A DNA stretch of 64,000 nt, from NCBI GenBank assembly GCA_046497505.1, contig JAWOFN010000112.1, positions 8,834-72,833 on the forward strand. Reading direction: 5' to 3'. Positions 56,005-64,000 of the stretch are shown piece after piece. The notes under the pieces are model-generated. The model saw only the letters and a program-made list of their open reading frames with translations. It did not search any database and was not told the DNA's origin. Both the position numbers and the translations under genes were made by a program. Numbering within the stretch: the stretch's first letter is position 1; every line of letters starts with the position of its first letter. This DNA is from a bacterium. GTDB taxonomy: Bacteria > Blakebacterota > Blakebacteria > Blakebacterales > JAWOFN01.

Positions 56005-58167
56005 TTAAAGGATTCCCGCCAGGATGATGACCAGCACAGCCGTGAGGGTGGCCAGCACGTAGTTCTGGATCCGGCCCGTCTGGATCTGGCGTGTGGCCGA
56101 TCCCGCGCTGCCCACCGTGCGTGCGGTGGCGTTCACCAGCCAGTCCACACCGTGCAGGTCTGCGTTCCCGCTGAACCGCGAGATGCCCCGGGTCACCGGG
56201 GCCGTGGCGTTCACGAAACCGTCGATGATCTTCGCGTCGAACCAGCCCAGCAGCAGCCGTCCCTTCATGACCGCCGCCACGAAGGTGACCCCGTACAGTT
56301 CGTCGAAGAAGAACTTCCCGTCGGCCAGCCGGTAGAGGGGTCCCATCCGTTCCGCCCAGGCCTCGGCGGAGAGCGACTTCTTGAAGTACATCAGGTAGGC
56401 CAGGAAGATCCCCGTGGCCGCCACGATGAGGCTGATGATCATGGCGATCAGGTGCTCCGGACCATGGTGGCCCGCACCGTGTGCCTCCTCAGCGTACCCC
56501 TGGGCCGCACCCGCCTCCCCGTGCTCACCGGCCTGTTCGGGCTGGTGTTCCCCCGGGAAGGCGGCCGGGAGGATCCGGGTCTCCCCGGCGGGGTGAAGGA
56601 CCCCCTCGGTGCGCTGCAGCCCGGCTCCCGCTGCATGTTCGGTCGCGGCAGCCGAGGTCTGTTCGTACGCGAAGTCGGGTTTCTGGATCAGGTGCGCGAA
56701 CCAGCCCTCCCCGCCGAAGGGATTGAAGGAGGGGAAGGTGAAGAAGAGATAGAAGCAGAGCACACCCAGCACGCTGAGCGGTACCGTCATGACCTTCGGG
56801 CTCTCGTGGGCGTGGTCGTACTTCTCGTGGTCCTGAGGCTCTCCGTGGAAGGTCATGAAGAGGAGCCGGAACATGTAGAAAGCGGTCAGCAGGGCGGCGC
56901 CGAAACCGAAGAGCGGGAGCAGGAAGTGCCCCGGCTGCTCCATGGCGAAGCCCAGCGTGCCGGCCAGGATGGCGTCCTTGCTTACGAAGCCGGTCGTGAA
57001 GGGAACCCCCGAGATGGCGAGGGTGGCCGCCAGGAAGGTGAGGTAGGTCACGGGCATCTTCTTCCTCAGCCCGCCCATCTCACGCATGTCCTGGGTGTGC
57101 ACCGCATGGATCACCGAGCCGGAGCCCAGGAAGAGCAGCGCCTTGAAGATGGCGTGGGTGATCAGGTGCATGAAGCCCGCCGTGTAGGCCCCCACCCCCA
57201 TGGCCATGACCATGTAGCCCAGCTGACTGATGGTGGAGTAGGCCAGCACCCGCTTGATGTCGTTCCGGACGATGGCGATGATGGCAGCCATCATGGCCGT
57301 GATGCCCCCGATGTAGGCGATGACGATCAGCGCCTCGGGGGTCAGCATGAAGAAGATCCGGGCGGTCAGGTACACACCGGCCGCCACCATCGTGGCAGCG
57401 TGGATCAGGGCGGAGACCGGGGTGGGACCCTCCATGGCGTCCGGGAGCCAGATGTGAAGCGGGAACTGGGCCGATTTACCGATGGCCCCCATGAAGAGGG
57501 TGATCCCGGCCGCGGTGAGCAGGCCTCCGCTCAGCCCTCCCGCTGCCACCCCGGCCGCGATGTCGTTCAGGTTGAAGGAGCCGATCGTGGCGTAGACGAT
57601 CCCCAGGCCGATGAGCATGCCCGCGTCACCCACCCGGTTGACGATGAACGCCTTCTTACCCGCCTGGCTGGCACTGAACTTCTCGAACCAGAAGCCGATG
57701 AGCAGGTAGGAGGAGACCCCCACCAGTTCCCAGAAGGCGTAGAGGGTGAAGAGGTTGTCGGAGAGGACGATCCCGGAGATCGAGAAGGTGAAGAGGCTCA
57801 GGTAGCCGAAGTAGAGACTGTACCGGGAATCCCCGTGCATGTAGCCCATGCTGTAGACATGGATCAGGAAGGTCACCAGCAGCACCGGGGTGAGCATGAG
57901 GGCCATCAGGTTGTTGGCCAGCACGCCGATGGTCATCTGGAAGCTTCCGATGCTGAACCACACGATCCGGGGGTTCTCCATCCATCCCGGGTCGTACAGG
58001 CCGATGGCCTTGAAGAAGATGGGCAGGCTCAGCAGCAGGGCGATGAAGACCGCCAGGACCGAGACCCAGTCTCCCTGCCGGGGCAGTTTCTTCCCGAAGA
58101 GCACGTTCACCCAGAACGCCAGGAAGGGGAAGAGCAGGATCAGGAGTGCCGTAGTGAGGAGGTTCAC
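56005..58167 (-). CDS. nuoL: NADH-quinone oxidoreductase subunit L, with an internal His/Glu/Ala/Gly-rich insertion
   Basis: 720 aa. WLPDAMEGPTPVSALIHAATMV and YSTISQLGYM blocks. GTG start with an AAAGGATAGGAG RBS. A low-complexity insert of about 70 aa (EHAAGAGLQRTEG...EHGEAGAAQGYAEEAHGAGHHGPEH) lies before the last TM helices. Confidence 0.85.
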   Translation of the reverse strand: MNLLTTALLILLFPFLAFWVNVLFGKKLPRQGDWVSVLAVFIALLLSLPIFFKAIGLYDPGWMENPRIVWFSIGSFQMTIGVLANNLMALMLTPVLLVTFLIHVYSMGYMHGDSRYSLYFGYLSLFTFSISGIVLSDNLFTLYAFWELVGVSSYLLIGFWFEKFSASQAGKKAFIVNRVGDAGMLIGLGIVYATIGSFNLNDIAAGVAAGGLSGGLLTAAGITLFMGAIGKSAQFPLHIWLPDAMEGPTPVSALIHAATMVAAGVYLTARIFFMLTPEALIVIAYIGGITAMMAAIIAIVRNDIKRVLAYSTISQLGYMVMAMGVGAYTAGFMHLITHAIFKALLFLGSGSVIHAVHTQDMREMGGLRKKMPVTYLTFLAATLAISGVPFTTGFVSKDAILAGTLGFAMEQPGHFLLPLFGFGAALLTAFYMFRLLFMTFHGEPQDHEKYDHAHESPKVMTVPLSVLGVLCFYLFFTFPSFNPFGGEGWFAHLIQKPDFAYEQTSAAATEHAAGAGLQRTEGVLHPAGETRILPAAFPGEHQPEQAGEHGEAGAAQGYAEEAHGAGHHGPEHLIAMIISLIVAATGIFLAYLMYFKKSLSAEAWAERMGPLYRLADGKFFFDELYGVTFVAAVMKGRLLLGWFDAKIIDGFVNATAPVTRGISRFSGNADLHGVDWLVNATARTVGSAGSATRQIQTGRIQNYVLATLTAVLVIILAGIL

Positions 58168-58173
58168 GGGCTC

Positions 58174-58479
58174 CTATCCTTTCATGATGTCGGCTTCGTC
58201 CACGTTGGCGGAGCCGACCTGCTTGTAGAAGTTCAGTACGATGGCAAGGGCCACGGCGGCTTCCGCCACGGCGAGCACGACCACGAAGAGGGCGGTCATC
58301 TCGCCCCGGGCACTGGCGGTGTTGAAGCGGCTGAACGCGGCGAAGTTGAGGGCCGACGCGTTCAGGATGAGCTCGATCCCCATCAGCACCGCGATGGCGT
58401 TCTTGCGGATCATCACCGTCGCCAGTCCCAGGGCGAAGAGCACCACCGAGACGACGACGTAGTGCGAGAGGCCGATCAT
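58174..58479 (-). CDS. nuoK: NADH-quinone oxidoreductase subunit K
   Basis: 101 aa, three TM helices. MGIELILNASALNF is the NuoK signature. Its ATG overlaps the nuoJ stop. Confidence 0.85.
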   Translation of the reverse strand: MIGLSHYVVVSVVLFALGLATVMIRKNAIAVLMGIELILNASALNFAAFSRFNTASARGEMTALFVVVLAVAEAAVALAIVLNFYKQVGSANVDEADIMKG

Positions 58480-58971
58480 GTCTTCCTCCGTGCCATGTAG
58501 CCCGCACCCACCAGCGCGATGAGCAGCAGCACCGAGATCGCCTCGAAGGGCAGGATGTAGTCGCTCATGAAGAGCGAACCCACCCCTTCAGGGTCGGGGC
58601 CCGCGTAGACCGGCGCCTGTGCCAGCCAGAGCGCGTCCTTGAGGGTGATGTAGAAGAGCACCAGCGTGGCCGCCACCAGGAGCAGTCCCAGGAAGCGCTG
58701 GGCACCCGACATGCTGATCCGGGCGTGCTCCATGTCCCGGGTGAGGACGATGGCGAAGAGCAGCAGCACCAGCACGCCGCCGATGTACAGCAGCAGCTGA
58801 GCACCCGAGAGGAACGCGGCCCCCAGCACGCCGTACAGGATGGCCACCCCGCCGAACGTGGCGAGCAGTGCGAAACCGGCCACGATGAGCCGGCGCGAGA
58901 AGGTGACCACCATGGCCGACCCGATGGTCAGGGCGGCGGCCAGGTAGAAGACTAGAGATTCCCAGTTCACC
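58476..58971 (-). CDS. nuoJ: NADH-quinone oxidoreductase subunit J
   Basis: ORF 58476..59138 trimmed to GTG 58971 (VNWESLVFYLAAALTIGSAMVV). The upstream part of the long ORF is antisense to the Lys/Glu-rich tail of nuoI. GAGG RBS. Confidence 0.75.
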
Positions 58972-58974
58972 GGC

Positions 58975-59601
58975 TTAAGCCTCGCCTTCCTGGTCGTCTT
59001 GGGTTTCGGAGGACGGTTGTCCGGCTTCCTCTTCCGCCTTCTTCTTCGCTTCCTCCTCGGCCTTGCGCCGCTTCTCCTCCGCCTTCTTCTTCTTGTCCTC
59101 CTCCACGATCCGCTCAGCCTCGGCGATGTCCTCCTCACTCATGCGGGAGAACTGGTAGACGTGGTCGGTGATCTCGGTGGCCGAGTACTCGTAATTGGGC
59201 GTCATGACGATGCACTCGGTGGGACACGGATAGGTGCAGAGGGCGCAGTAGCAGCACTTCGCCATGTCGATCTTGAAGGAGGGGAGCCAGAAGTTGATCG
59301 GGTTGCCCGAAGAGGACTTCCCAAGGTCCGCGTCCTTGGGCGACTTGATCGTGTCGATCGTGATGCAGTCCACCGGGCAGGCCCGCTCGCACTGCCGGCA
59401 GCCGATGCAGTCCTCGATGACGACATGCAGCCGGTGACGTGTGCGGTCGGGCAGTTCCGCCTTCTCACGGGGGTACTGCACCGTGGCGGAACGGGTGAAG
59501 ATGTGCCGTGAGGCGGTGGTCCAGGCCGAAAGGGTGGTGGACACCGCCTTCGCGATGTTGCCGAAGTAGTCCTTCACCGGCGATGTGCTCGTTGTCGGCA
59601 T
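58975..59601 (-). CDS. nuoI: NADH-quinone oxidoreductase subunit I (2x[4Fe-4S]) with a 45-aa Lys/Glu-rich C-terminal extension
   Basis: CIGCRQCERACPVDCI and CCYCALCTYPCPTECI ferredoxin motifs. AAGGAG RBS. The tail is EEDKKKKAEEKRRKAEEEAKKKAEEEAGQPSSETQDDQEGEA. Confidence 0.85.
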   Translation of the reverse strand: MPTTSTSPVKDYFGNIAKAVSTTLSAWTTASRHIFTRSATVQYPREKAELPDRTRHRLHVVIEDCIGCRQCERACPVDCITIDTIKSPKDADLGKSSSGNPINFWLPSFKIDMAKCCYCALCTYPCPTECIVMTPNYEYSATEITDHVYQFSRMSEEDIAEAERIVEEDKKKKAEEKRRKAEEEAKKKAEEEAGQPSSETQDDQEGEA

Positions 59602-59628
59602 CGGTACTCCTTACCAGCCTTTCAGGCC

Positions 59629-60627
59629 CTACAGCATGGCCAGGACGGACGCCCCGAGCATGCAGATCAGCGCGATAGGGGTCAGGTACTTCCACGACAC
59701 CACCATGAGCTGGTCCACCCGCAGCCGCGGCACGGACCAGCGCAGCACGATGATGGCCACGCCCACCAGCACCATCTTGATCACGGTCCAGGCGATGCCG
59801 GGGATGAAGTCGAGGAAGGCGAAGGGTGCCATCCAGCCGCCCAGGTAGACGACGGTGATGATCAGGCCCGCCACGAAGATGTTGCCGTACTCCGCCAGGA
59901 AGAACATGGCGAAGCGCATCCCGCTGTACTCGGTGTGGAAACCCGCCACCAGTTCCGATTCCGACTCCGGCATGTCGAAGGGAAGGCGATTCCCCTCGGC
60001 CACGGCGGTCAGGACGAAGACCCCCATGCCGATGAAGTTGAAGGGGAAGCCCTTGAAGAGGGTCCACTGGAGGACCCCGCCCGCCTGCGACTCGACGATC
60101 CCCACCGTGGAGAGGGTGCCGGCGTAGATGAGCGCGGCCAGGGCAGCGATGCTCGCCGGGATCTCGTAGGAGACGATCTGCGCGGCGCCGCGCATGGAGC
60201 CGAAGAGGGCCCACTTGTTGCCGCTGGACCATCCCGCCATGAGGATGCCCAGTACCCCCAGGCTGGAGATGGCCAGGAAGTAGAAGATGCCGATGTTCAG
60301 GTCCGCGGGGATCAATCCCGCGCTCCAGGGGATCACGACCATGGCCCCGATGGCTCCGCCCACCACCAGCGCCGGGGCGATCAGATGCATGACCGGGTCC
60401 GCCCTGGCCGGGACCACATCCTCCTTCTGGAGGAGCTTGAGGGCGTCGGCGATGGGCTGGAGGATGCCGTGGTAGCGGCCCACCTCCATGGGGCCCAGCC
60501 GGTCCTGCATGAACCCTGCGGTCTTCCGCTCGGCCAAGGTCAGGATCAGGGCGGCCACCGCGAAGAAGATCAGGATGATGACCGACCAGATCACCATGTC
60601 AGCGAAGGGCCAGGGCGTGAAGGTCAT
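59629..60627 (-). CDS. nuoH: NADH-quinone oxidoreductase subunit H
   Basis: 332 aa, 8 TM helices. ADALKLLQKED and GWSSGNKWALFGSMRGAAQIVSYEI NuoH blocks. Its ATG overlaps the nuoD stop. Confidence 0.85.
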   Translation of the reverse strand: MTFTPWPFADMVIWSVIILIFFAVAALILTLAERKTAGFMQDRLGPMEVGRYHGILQPIADALKLLQKEDVVPARADPVMHLIAPALVVGGAIGAMVVIPWSAGLIPADLNIGIFYFLAISSLGVLGILMAGWSSGNKWALFGSMRGAAQIVSYEIPASIAALAALIYAGTLSTVGIVESQAGGVLQWTLFKGFPFNFIGMGVFVLTAVAEGNRLPFDMPESESELVAGFHTEYSGMRFAMFFLAEYGNIFVAGLIITVVYLGGWMAPFAFLDFIPGIAWTVIKMVLVGVAIIVLRWSVPRLRVDQLMVVSWKYLTPIALICMLGASVLAML

Positions 60628-61802
60628 CGGTCAACCTCTCCCAGCACGATGTCGATGCTGCCCAGGATGATGATGAGATCGGCGATCATCGACCCCCTTC
60701 CGATCTCCCGGATGCAGCTCAGGTTGCAGTAGGATCCGCCCCGGGCCCGCACCCGATAGGGTGTGGGGGAGCCGTCCGATACGATGTAGAAGGCCACCTC
60801 GCCCCGGGGCGCCTCGTTGCGCGCGTACACCTCGCCCTTCGGCGGCCGGACCAGTCGGGGTACGTCCTCCCGCACGTCGCTGTCCGGGAGACCGTCGTCC
60901 AGGATCTGCCGTATGATCCGTGTCGACTGCTTCATCTCCTCGTAGCGCACCCAGTAACGGTCCCAGGCGTCTCCCCGGGTCCCCATGGCTCCGGTGCCGA
61001 GCGGCACGTCGAACTCGAGCTGGTCGTAGATGCCGTACGGTTCGTCACGGCGCAGGTCCCAGTCCACCCCGCTCCCGCGGAGCATGGGGCCGCTGCAGCC
61101 GTATTCGAGGGCGATCTTCGGCGGGAGCACACCCACGTCGGCGGTTCGCTCGACGAAGATGTGGTTGTTGGTCATGAGCCGGTCGTACTCGGGCCAGCGT
61201 GCCTCCATGTAGCCCAGGAAGTCCAGGACCTTCTGCTCGAAGCCCTCGGGGATGTCGTGACTCAGACCCCCCACCCACATGAAGTTGTAGAGGAGCCGCC
61301 CGCCGCAGGTCATCTCGAAGAGGTCCAGGATCATCTCCCGGTCCCGGAAGTACCAGAAGAAGGGGGTCTGGGAGCCGGCGTCGTTGCTGAAGGTCCCCAG
61401 AGCCACCATGTGACTGGCGATGCGCTGCAGTTCGGCGAAGATCACCCGCAGCTTCTGGACCCGTTCGTTGACCTCCAGTCCCATGAGCTTCTCCACCGCC
61501 ACCACCCAGCCGTGCTCCATGTTCATGGCGGCCAGGTAGTCCATCCGGTCGGTGTAGGGGATGATCTGCTGGTAGTTCTCGTTCTCCGCGTGCTTCTCGA
61601 AGTTCCGGTGGAGGTAGCCCAAGTGGGGCCGCACCTCATGGACGATCTCGCCGTCGGTGGTCACCTCGAGCCTGAGAACCCCATGGGTGGAGGGGTGCTG
61701 CGGACCGAAGTTCACCACGAACTCGTCCGTCCGGTATTCGATCCCGGGGTCCTCGAGGGATCCCAGGTAGAAATCCTTGTGAACGGTCAGCTTCTCAGCC
61801 AC
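60624..61802 (-). CDS. nuoD: NADH-quinone oxidoreductase subunit D (49 kDa)
   Basis: GPQHPSTHGVLRLEV, RIASHM and the C-terminal IDIVLGEVDR. GTG start with a GGGGAGG RBS. It immediately follows nuoC and precedes nuoH, so no nuoE/F/G lie between. Confidence 0.85.
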   Translation of the reverse strand: MAEKLTVHKDFYLGSLEDPGIEYRTDEFVVNFGPQHPSTHGVLRLEVTTDGEIVHEVRPHLGYLHRNFEKHAENENYQQIIPYTDRMDYLAAMNMEHGWVVAVEKLMGLEVNERVQKLRVIFAELQRIASHMVALGTFSNDAGSQTPFFWYFRDREMILDLFEMTCGGRLLYNFMWVGGLSHDIPEGFEQKVLDFLGYMEARWPEYDRLMTNNHIFVERTADVGVLPPKIALEYGCSGPMLRGSGVDWDLRRDEPYGIYDQLEFDVPLGTGAMGTRGDAWDRYWVRYEEMKQSTRIIRQILDDGLPDSDVREDVPRLVRPPKGEVYARNEAPRGEVAFYIVSDGSPTPYRVRARGGSYCNLSCIREIGRGSMIADLIIILGSIDIVLGEVDR

Positions 61803-61805
61803 GGG

Positions 61806-62396
61806 TCAAGCCTCCCCGCCCTCGGAAGCCGCTTCCCTCGGCCCCTCGTAGAGCATGCTTCCGGGCATCCGGTACACGTCCGGGATGCCGTGGTATTCCA
61901 GGGGGAACGTGTAGTCCTTGCGGAGCGGGTGCCCGTCCCAGTCGTCGGGCAGCAGGATGCGTCGGTGGTCGGGATGACCCGTGAAGCGCACGCCCACCAG
62001 GTCGTAGGTCTCCCGCTCGTGCCAGTCGGCCGCCTTCCAGACCTCGGCCGCGCTCTCCACTTCCGGGAGCTCACCCTTCTCGGGACGGTCCAGAGGGATC
62101 CGGACATGCAGCCACTCGGCACGGTTGCGGCTGTAGAGGGTGTATACCACCTCGATACGGCCCTCGCCCGGCCCCCGGTCGATGCCCGTGACCATGTGAC
62201 AGGTCTCGAACTTCAGCTCGTCCTTGAGGAAGGGGGCCGCCTCGGCCCAGTGCGCCTTGTCCAGGGTGACGGTGGGATCGACCCTCTCCTCCTCCACCGT
62301 GCACTGCTCTCCGTACTTCTCGGCCAGCTTCCGGGCTGCGGTATCGGACTCCGAGACCCAGGGGGCGTGCTGGACCTCCTGCTCGTTCTCGCTCAT
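61806..62396 (-). CDS. nuoC: NADH-quinone oxidoreductase subunit C (30 kDa)
   Basis: 196 aa. VRIPLDRPEKGELPEVESAAEVWKAADWHERETYDL is the NuoC signature (ERE.YD). Confidence 0.8.
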   Translation of the reverse strand: MSENEQEVQHAPWVSESDTAARKLAEKYGEQCTVEEERVDPTVTLDKAHWAEAAPFLKDELKFETCHMVTGIDRGPGEGRIEVVYTLYSRNRAEWLHVRIPLDRPEKGELPEVESAAEVWKAADWHERETYDLVGVRFTGHPDHRRILLPDDWDGHPLRKDYTFPLEYHGIPDVYRMPGSMLYEGPREAASEGGEA

Positions 62397-62399
62397 CCG

Positions 62400-63185
62400 T
62401 CAGTCTTCCTTGTTGGCCAGCATGGCGTATTCGTCCAGGTTGGGACGCTGGGGCTGGTTCTTCTCGGGATCCTCGGCGAAGACCTGCTTCCGGGTCTCCG
62501 GACCGAGTTCGCCTTCCGGCACCTCGGGGGTCCAGAGGGATCCGATCTTGTACCCCAGCACCCGCTCCTTCTCGATCTTCTTCTTCAGGAGCAGGAATGC
62601 CTCGATGAGGGTCTCGGGACGGGGGGGACAGCCGGGAGCGTAGACATCCACGGGGATGATCTTGTCCACCCCCTTGACCACGTGGTAGCCGTGCTTCCAG
62701 TAGGGGCCTCCGCAGTTGGCGCACGAACCCATGCTGATCACGTAGCGGGGCTCGGCCAGCTGCTCGTAGAGACGCTTGATGCGCAGCCCCATCTTGTAGG
62801 TCACCGTCCCGGATACGATTATCACGTCGCTCTGCCGCGGCGTGTTCCGCATCACCTCGTATCCGTGCCGGGACATGTCGAAGCGGGTCGCCAGCGTGGC
62901 CATCATCTCGATCGCGCAGCAGGCCAGGCCGAAGCCCATGGGCCAGATGGATCGGGCCCTGCCCCAGGAGAGGAGCTTGTCCACGCTGGTCATGAGGACC
63001 GACTCGCTCAGGGACCGTACCAGGGAGGGCATCCCGGGCGTGGCTTCCTTCGGAGGGAGATCGTAGGGGTCCCTGTCCACCACCAGCTTCGCGGAATCGG
63101 TGGCCGGGTCTTCCCCGATGGCCTTGACGTCTTTGACCTCGATGAAACCGGTCTCGACGTTGCGCGGCTTCTTGCTGTCCGCCAT
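62400..63185 (-). CDS. nuoB: NADH-quinone oxidoreductase subunit B (20 kDa; N2 cluster) with extended N- and C-termini
   Basis: ORF 62400..63539 trimmed to ATG 63185 with an [33 protein letters not shown] and [11 protein letters not shown] Cys motifs. There are about 75 aa before the CC motif and about 65 aa after PGCPP. Confidence 0.8.
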   Translation of the reverse strand: MADSKKPRNVETGFIEVKDVKAIGEDPATDSAKLVVDRDPYDLPPKEATPGMPSLVRSLSESVLMTSVDKLLSWGRARSIWPMGFGLACCAIEMMATLATRFDMSRHGYEVMRNTPRQSDVIIVSGTVTYKMGLRIKRLYEQLAEPRYVISMGSCANCGGPYWKHGYHVVKGVDKIIPVDVYAPGCPPRPETLIEAFLLLKKKIEKERVLGYKIGSLWTPEVPEGELGPETRKQVFAEDPEKNQPQRPNLDEYAMLANKED

Positions 63186-63190
63186 GCGGT

Positions 63191-63667
63191 TCACTCTCCT
63201 GCCGTCGTGGCGCGTGGGGTGGTCGCCGCCCCGTGGTGCTTGAAGATCGCCTCCTCGGGCATCTCGACGTCTTCGCCGGTGAAGGCGGGACGGGGCTTCA
63301 CCCAGTCCAGGTCCCCCTTGGCCCAGGCGTAGACCAGGCCGAGGGCCAGGATGGAGATGAAGATGACCCCCTTGATGAAGGTGATGAGGCCTCTGCCCGC
63401 CGCCACTTCGTCCCCGAAGATGATGGCCCACGGGAACATGAAGAGGATCTCCGCCTCGAAGATGATGAAGGTCAGGGCCACGGTGTAGAACCGGAAGTTG
63501 TACCGGATCCGCGCTTCCCCCTTCGGCTCCTCCCCGCACTCGTAGGTGGCCAGCTTCTCCGGATCGGGATTCCGCGGCTGGAGGAGTCTCGAAACGAGTA
63601 TGCTGATGAAGACGAAGGCGGCCCCTGCGGCGAGGAAGACCAGGATGGTACCGAATTCTCCGCGCAT
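63191..63667 (-). CDS. nuoA: NADH-quinone oxidoreductase subunit A with a C-terminal soluble extension
   Basis: Start ATG at 63667 ([24 protein letters not shown]). The track start is TTG 63682. YECGEEP and [15 protein letters not shown] NuoA blocks. About 35 extra C-terminal residues. Confidence 0.8.
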   Translation of the reverse strand: MRGEFGTILVFLAAGAAFVFISILVSRLLQPRNPDPEKLATYECGEEPKGEARIRYNFRFYTVALTFIIFEAEILFMFPWAIIFGDEVAAGRGLITFIKGVIFISILALGLVYAWAKGDLDWVKPRPAFTGEDVEMPEEAIFKHHGAATTPRATTAGE

Positions 63668-64000
63668 AGAAGAGGACTCCAAGCAGGTCGTTCTGGCAGG
63701 CGCTGGAAACCGTGTGTTCGCGGCCTACCGAGAAGGTATCTCGGACAAAGGAGTCGTCAACTCCTTTCCATCCCTAATAGCTCCTGTATACGGATGTATC
63801 ACGACACTCCGGGGGAGACCATGACCTGCGACCCCTCCAGCAGCCGGGGGCTCGGCCCGTCACCCCATCGAGGAGGGGGACGAGGAGGAGGTCCGTCGGG
63901 CTGGAGGGGATGTCGGGACCCGCTCCAGGGGGAGGATGGTGCAGGTGGGCCCTCCACCCCCTTTGCCGTACTCGGAGAGATCCAGCGCGTGTACCCGGAT

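Noticed and set aside
53350-58500. 882-aa (53350..55998) and 782-aa (56152..58500) plus-strand ORFs
   Set aside because: They are antisense shadows of nuoN/nuoM and nuoL. The real genes on the minus strand have unmistakable complex I signatures.
61161-63332. 723-aa plus-strand ORF
   Set aside because: It is antisense to nuoB/nuoC/nuoD. Low-complexity composition, no RBS.
1-64000. Search for CRISPR arrays, tRNA/rRNA genes, IS elements, integrases or phage genes
   Set aside because: No direct repeat-spacer periodicity, no transposase, integrase or recombinase-like ORFs, and no inverted terminal repeats flanking a gene block were seen. Non-coding gaps are short and none showed the GC-clamp/CCA-end pattern of tRNA genes on inspection. 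The window appears to be core chromosome rather than a mobile island.

Overview
This window is a GC-rich bacterial chromosomal segment with dense, mostly high-confidence coding. No rRNA, tRNA, CRISPR array or mobile element was seen. Most long ORFs read antisense to recognisable genes are composition artefacts and are not reported. All family assignments are by-eye motif matches, not computed searches.

In coordinate order:
- A LOG-family gene and a thioredoxin-fold redoxin.
- A secreted M14 carboxypeptidase.
- A five-gene group 3b [NiFe] hydrogenase operon (hydB-hydG-hydD-hydA plus maturation protease) with 1-4 nt start/stop overlaps. Two CRP/FNR-type palindromes sit in an AT-rich island upstream.
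- A secreted C1 peptidase, then a PadR regulator with a sensor-like membrane partner.
- A ClC chloride channel that appears disrupted: the GSGIP-containing segment is missing and the reading frame changes.
- A P-type cation ATPase, a beta-CASP MBL RNase and a gamma-glutamyltransferase.
- A four-gene Na+-translocating decarboxylase operon (carboxyltransferase, OadG-like subunit, biotin carrier, membrane beta subunit).
- An FAD oxidoreductase and a DUF1858 gene.
- The archaeal-type HMG-CoA synthase / thiolase / DUF35 trio.
- A redox-stress module: a two-CxxC disulfide oxidoreductase, an ECF sigma factor, a ZAS (HxxxCxxC) anti-sigma factor and Cu/Zn superoxide dismutase.
- A histidine-kinase-like PAS protein without an ATPase domain, a TPR lipoprotein, and a LonC-like protease with a degenerate Walker A motif.
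- Leucine dehydrogenase and an Asp/Glu racemase.
- Two tandem paralogous cation:proton antiporters, each fused to RCK and a PTS EIIA(Ntr)-type domain.
- A non-canonical poly-gamma-glutamate-like operon. It has pgsB, pgsC and a 364-aa non-CapA system protein, with no pgsA. Downstream are a secreted protein, a DctM-like permease, a micro-ORF, a membrane-anchored M14/AstE-AspA-like zinc hydrolase and a C69 dipeptidase.
- A lipoprotein, a YjbQ gene and a histidine-kinase remnant.
- An 11-gene complex I operon, nuoA-B-C-D-H-I-J-K-L-M-N, with no nuoEFG. NuoI, NuoL, NuoB and NuoA carry unusual extensions.

The most interesting candidates are the PGA-like synthesis/turnover operon, the EIIA-fused antiporter pair, the hydrogenase regulatory island, and the N-module-less complex I with decorated subunits.
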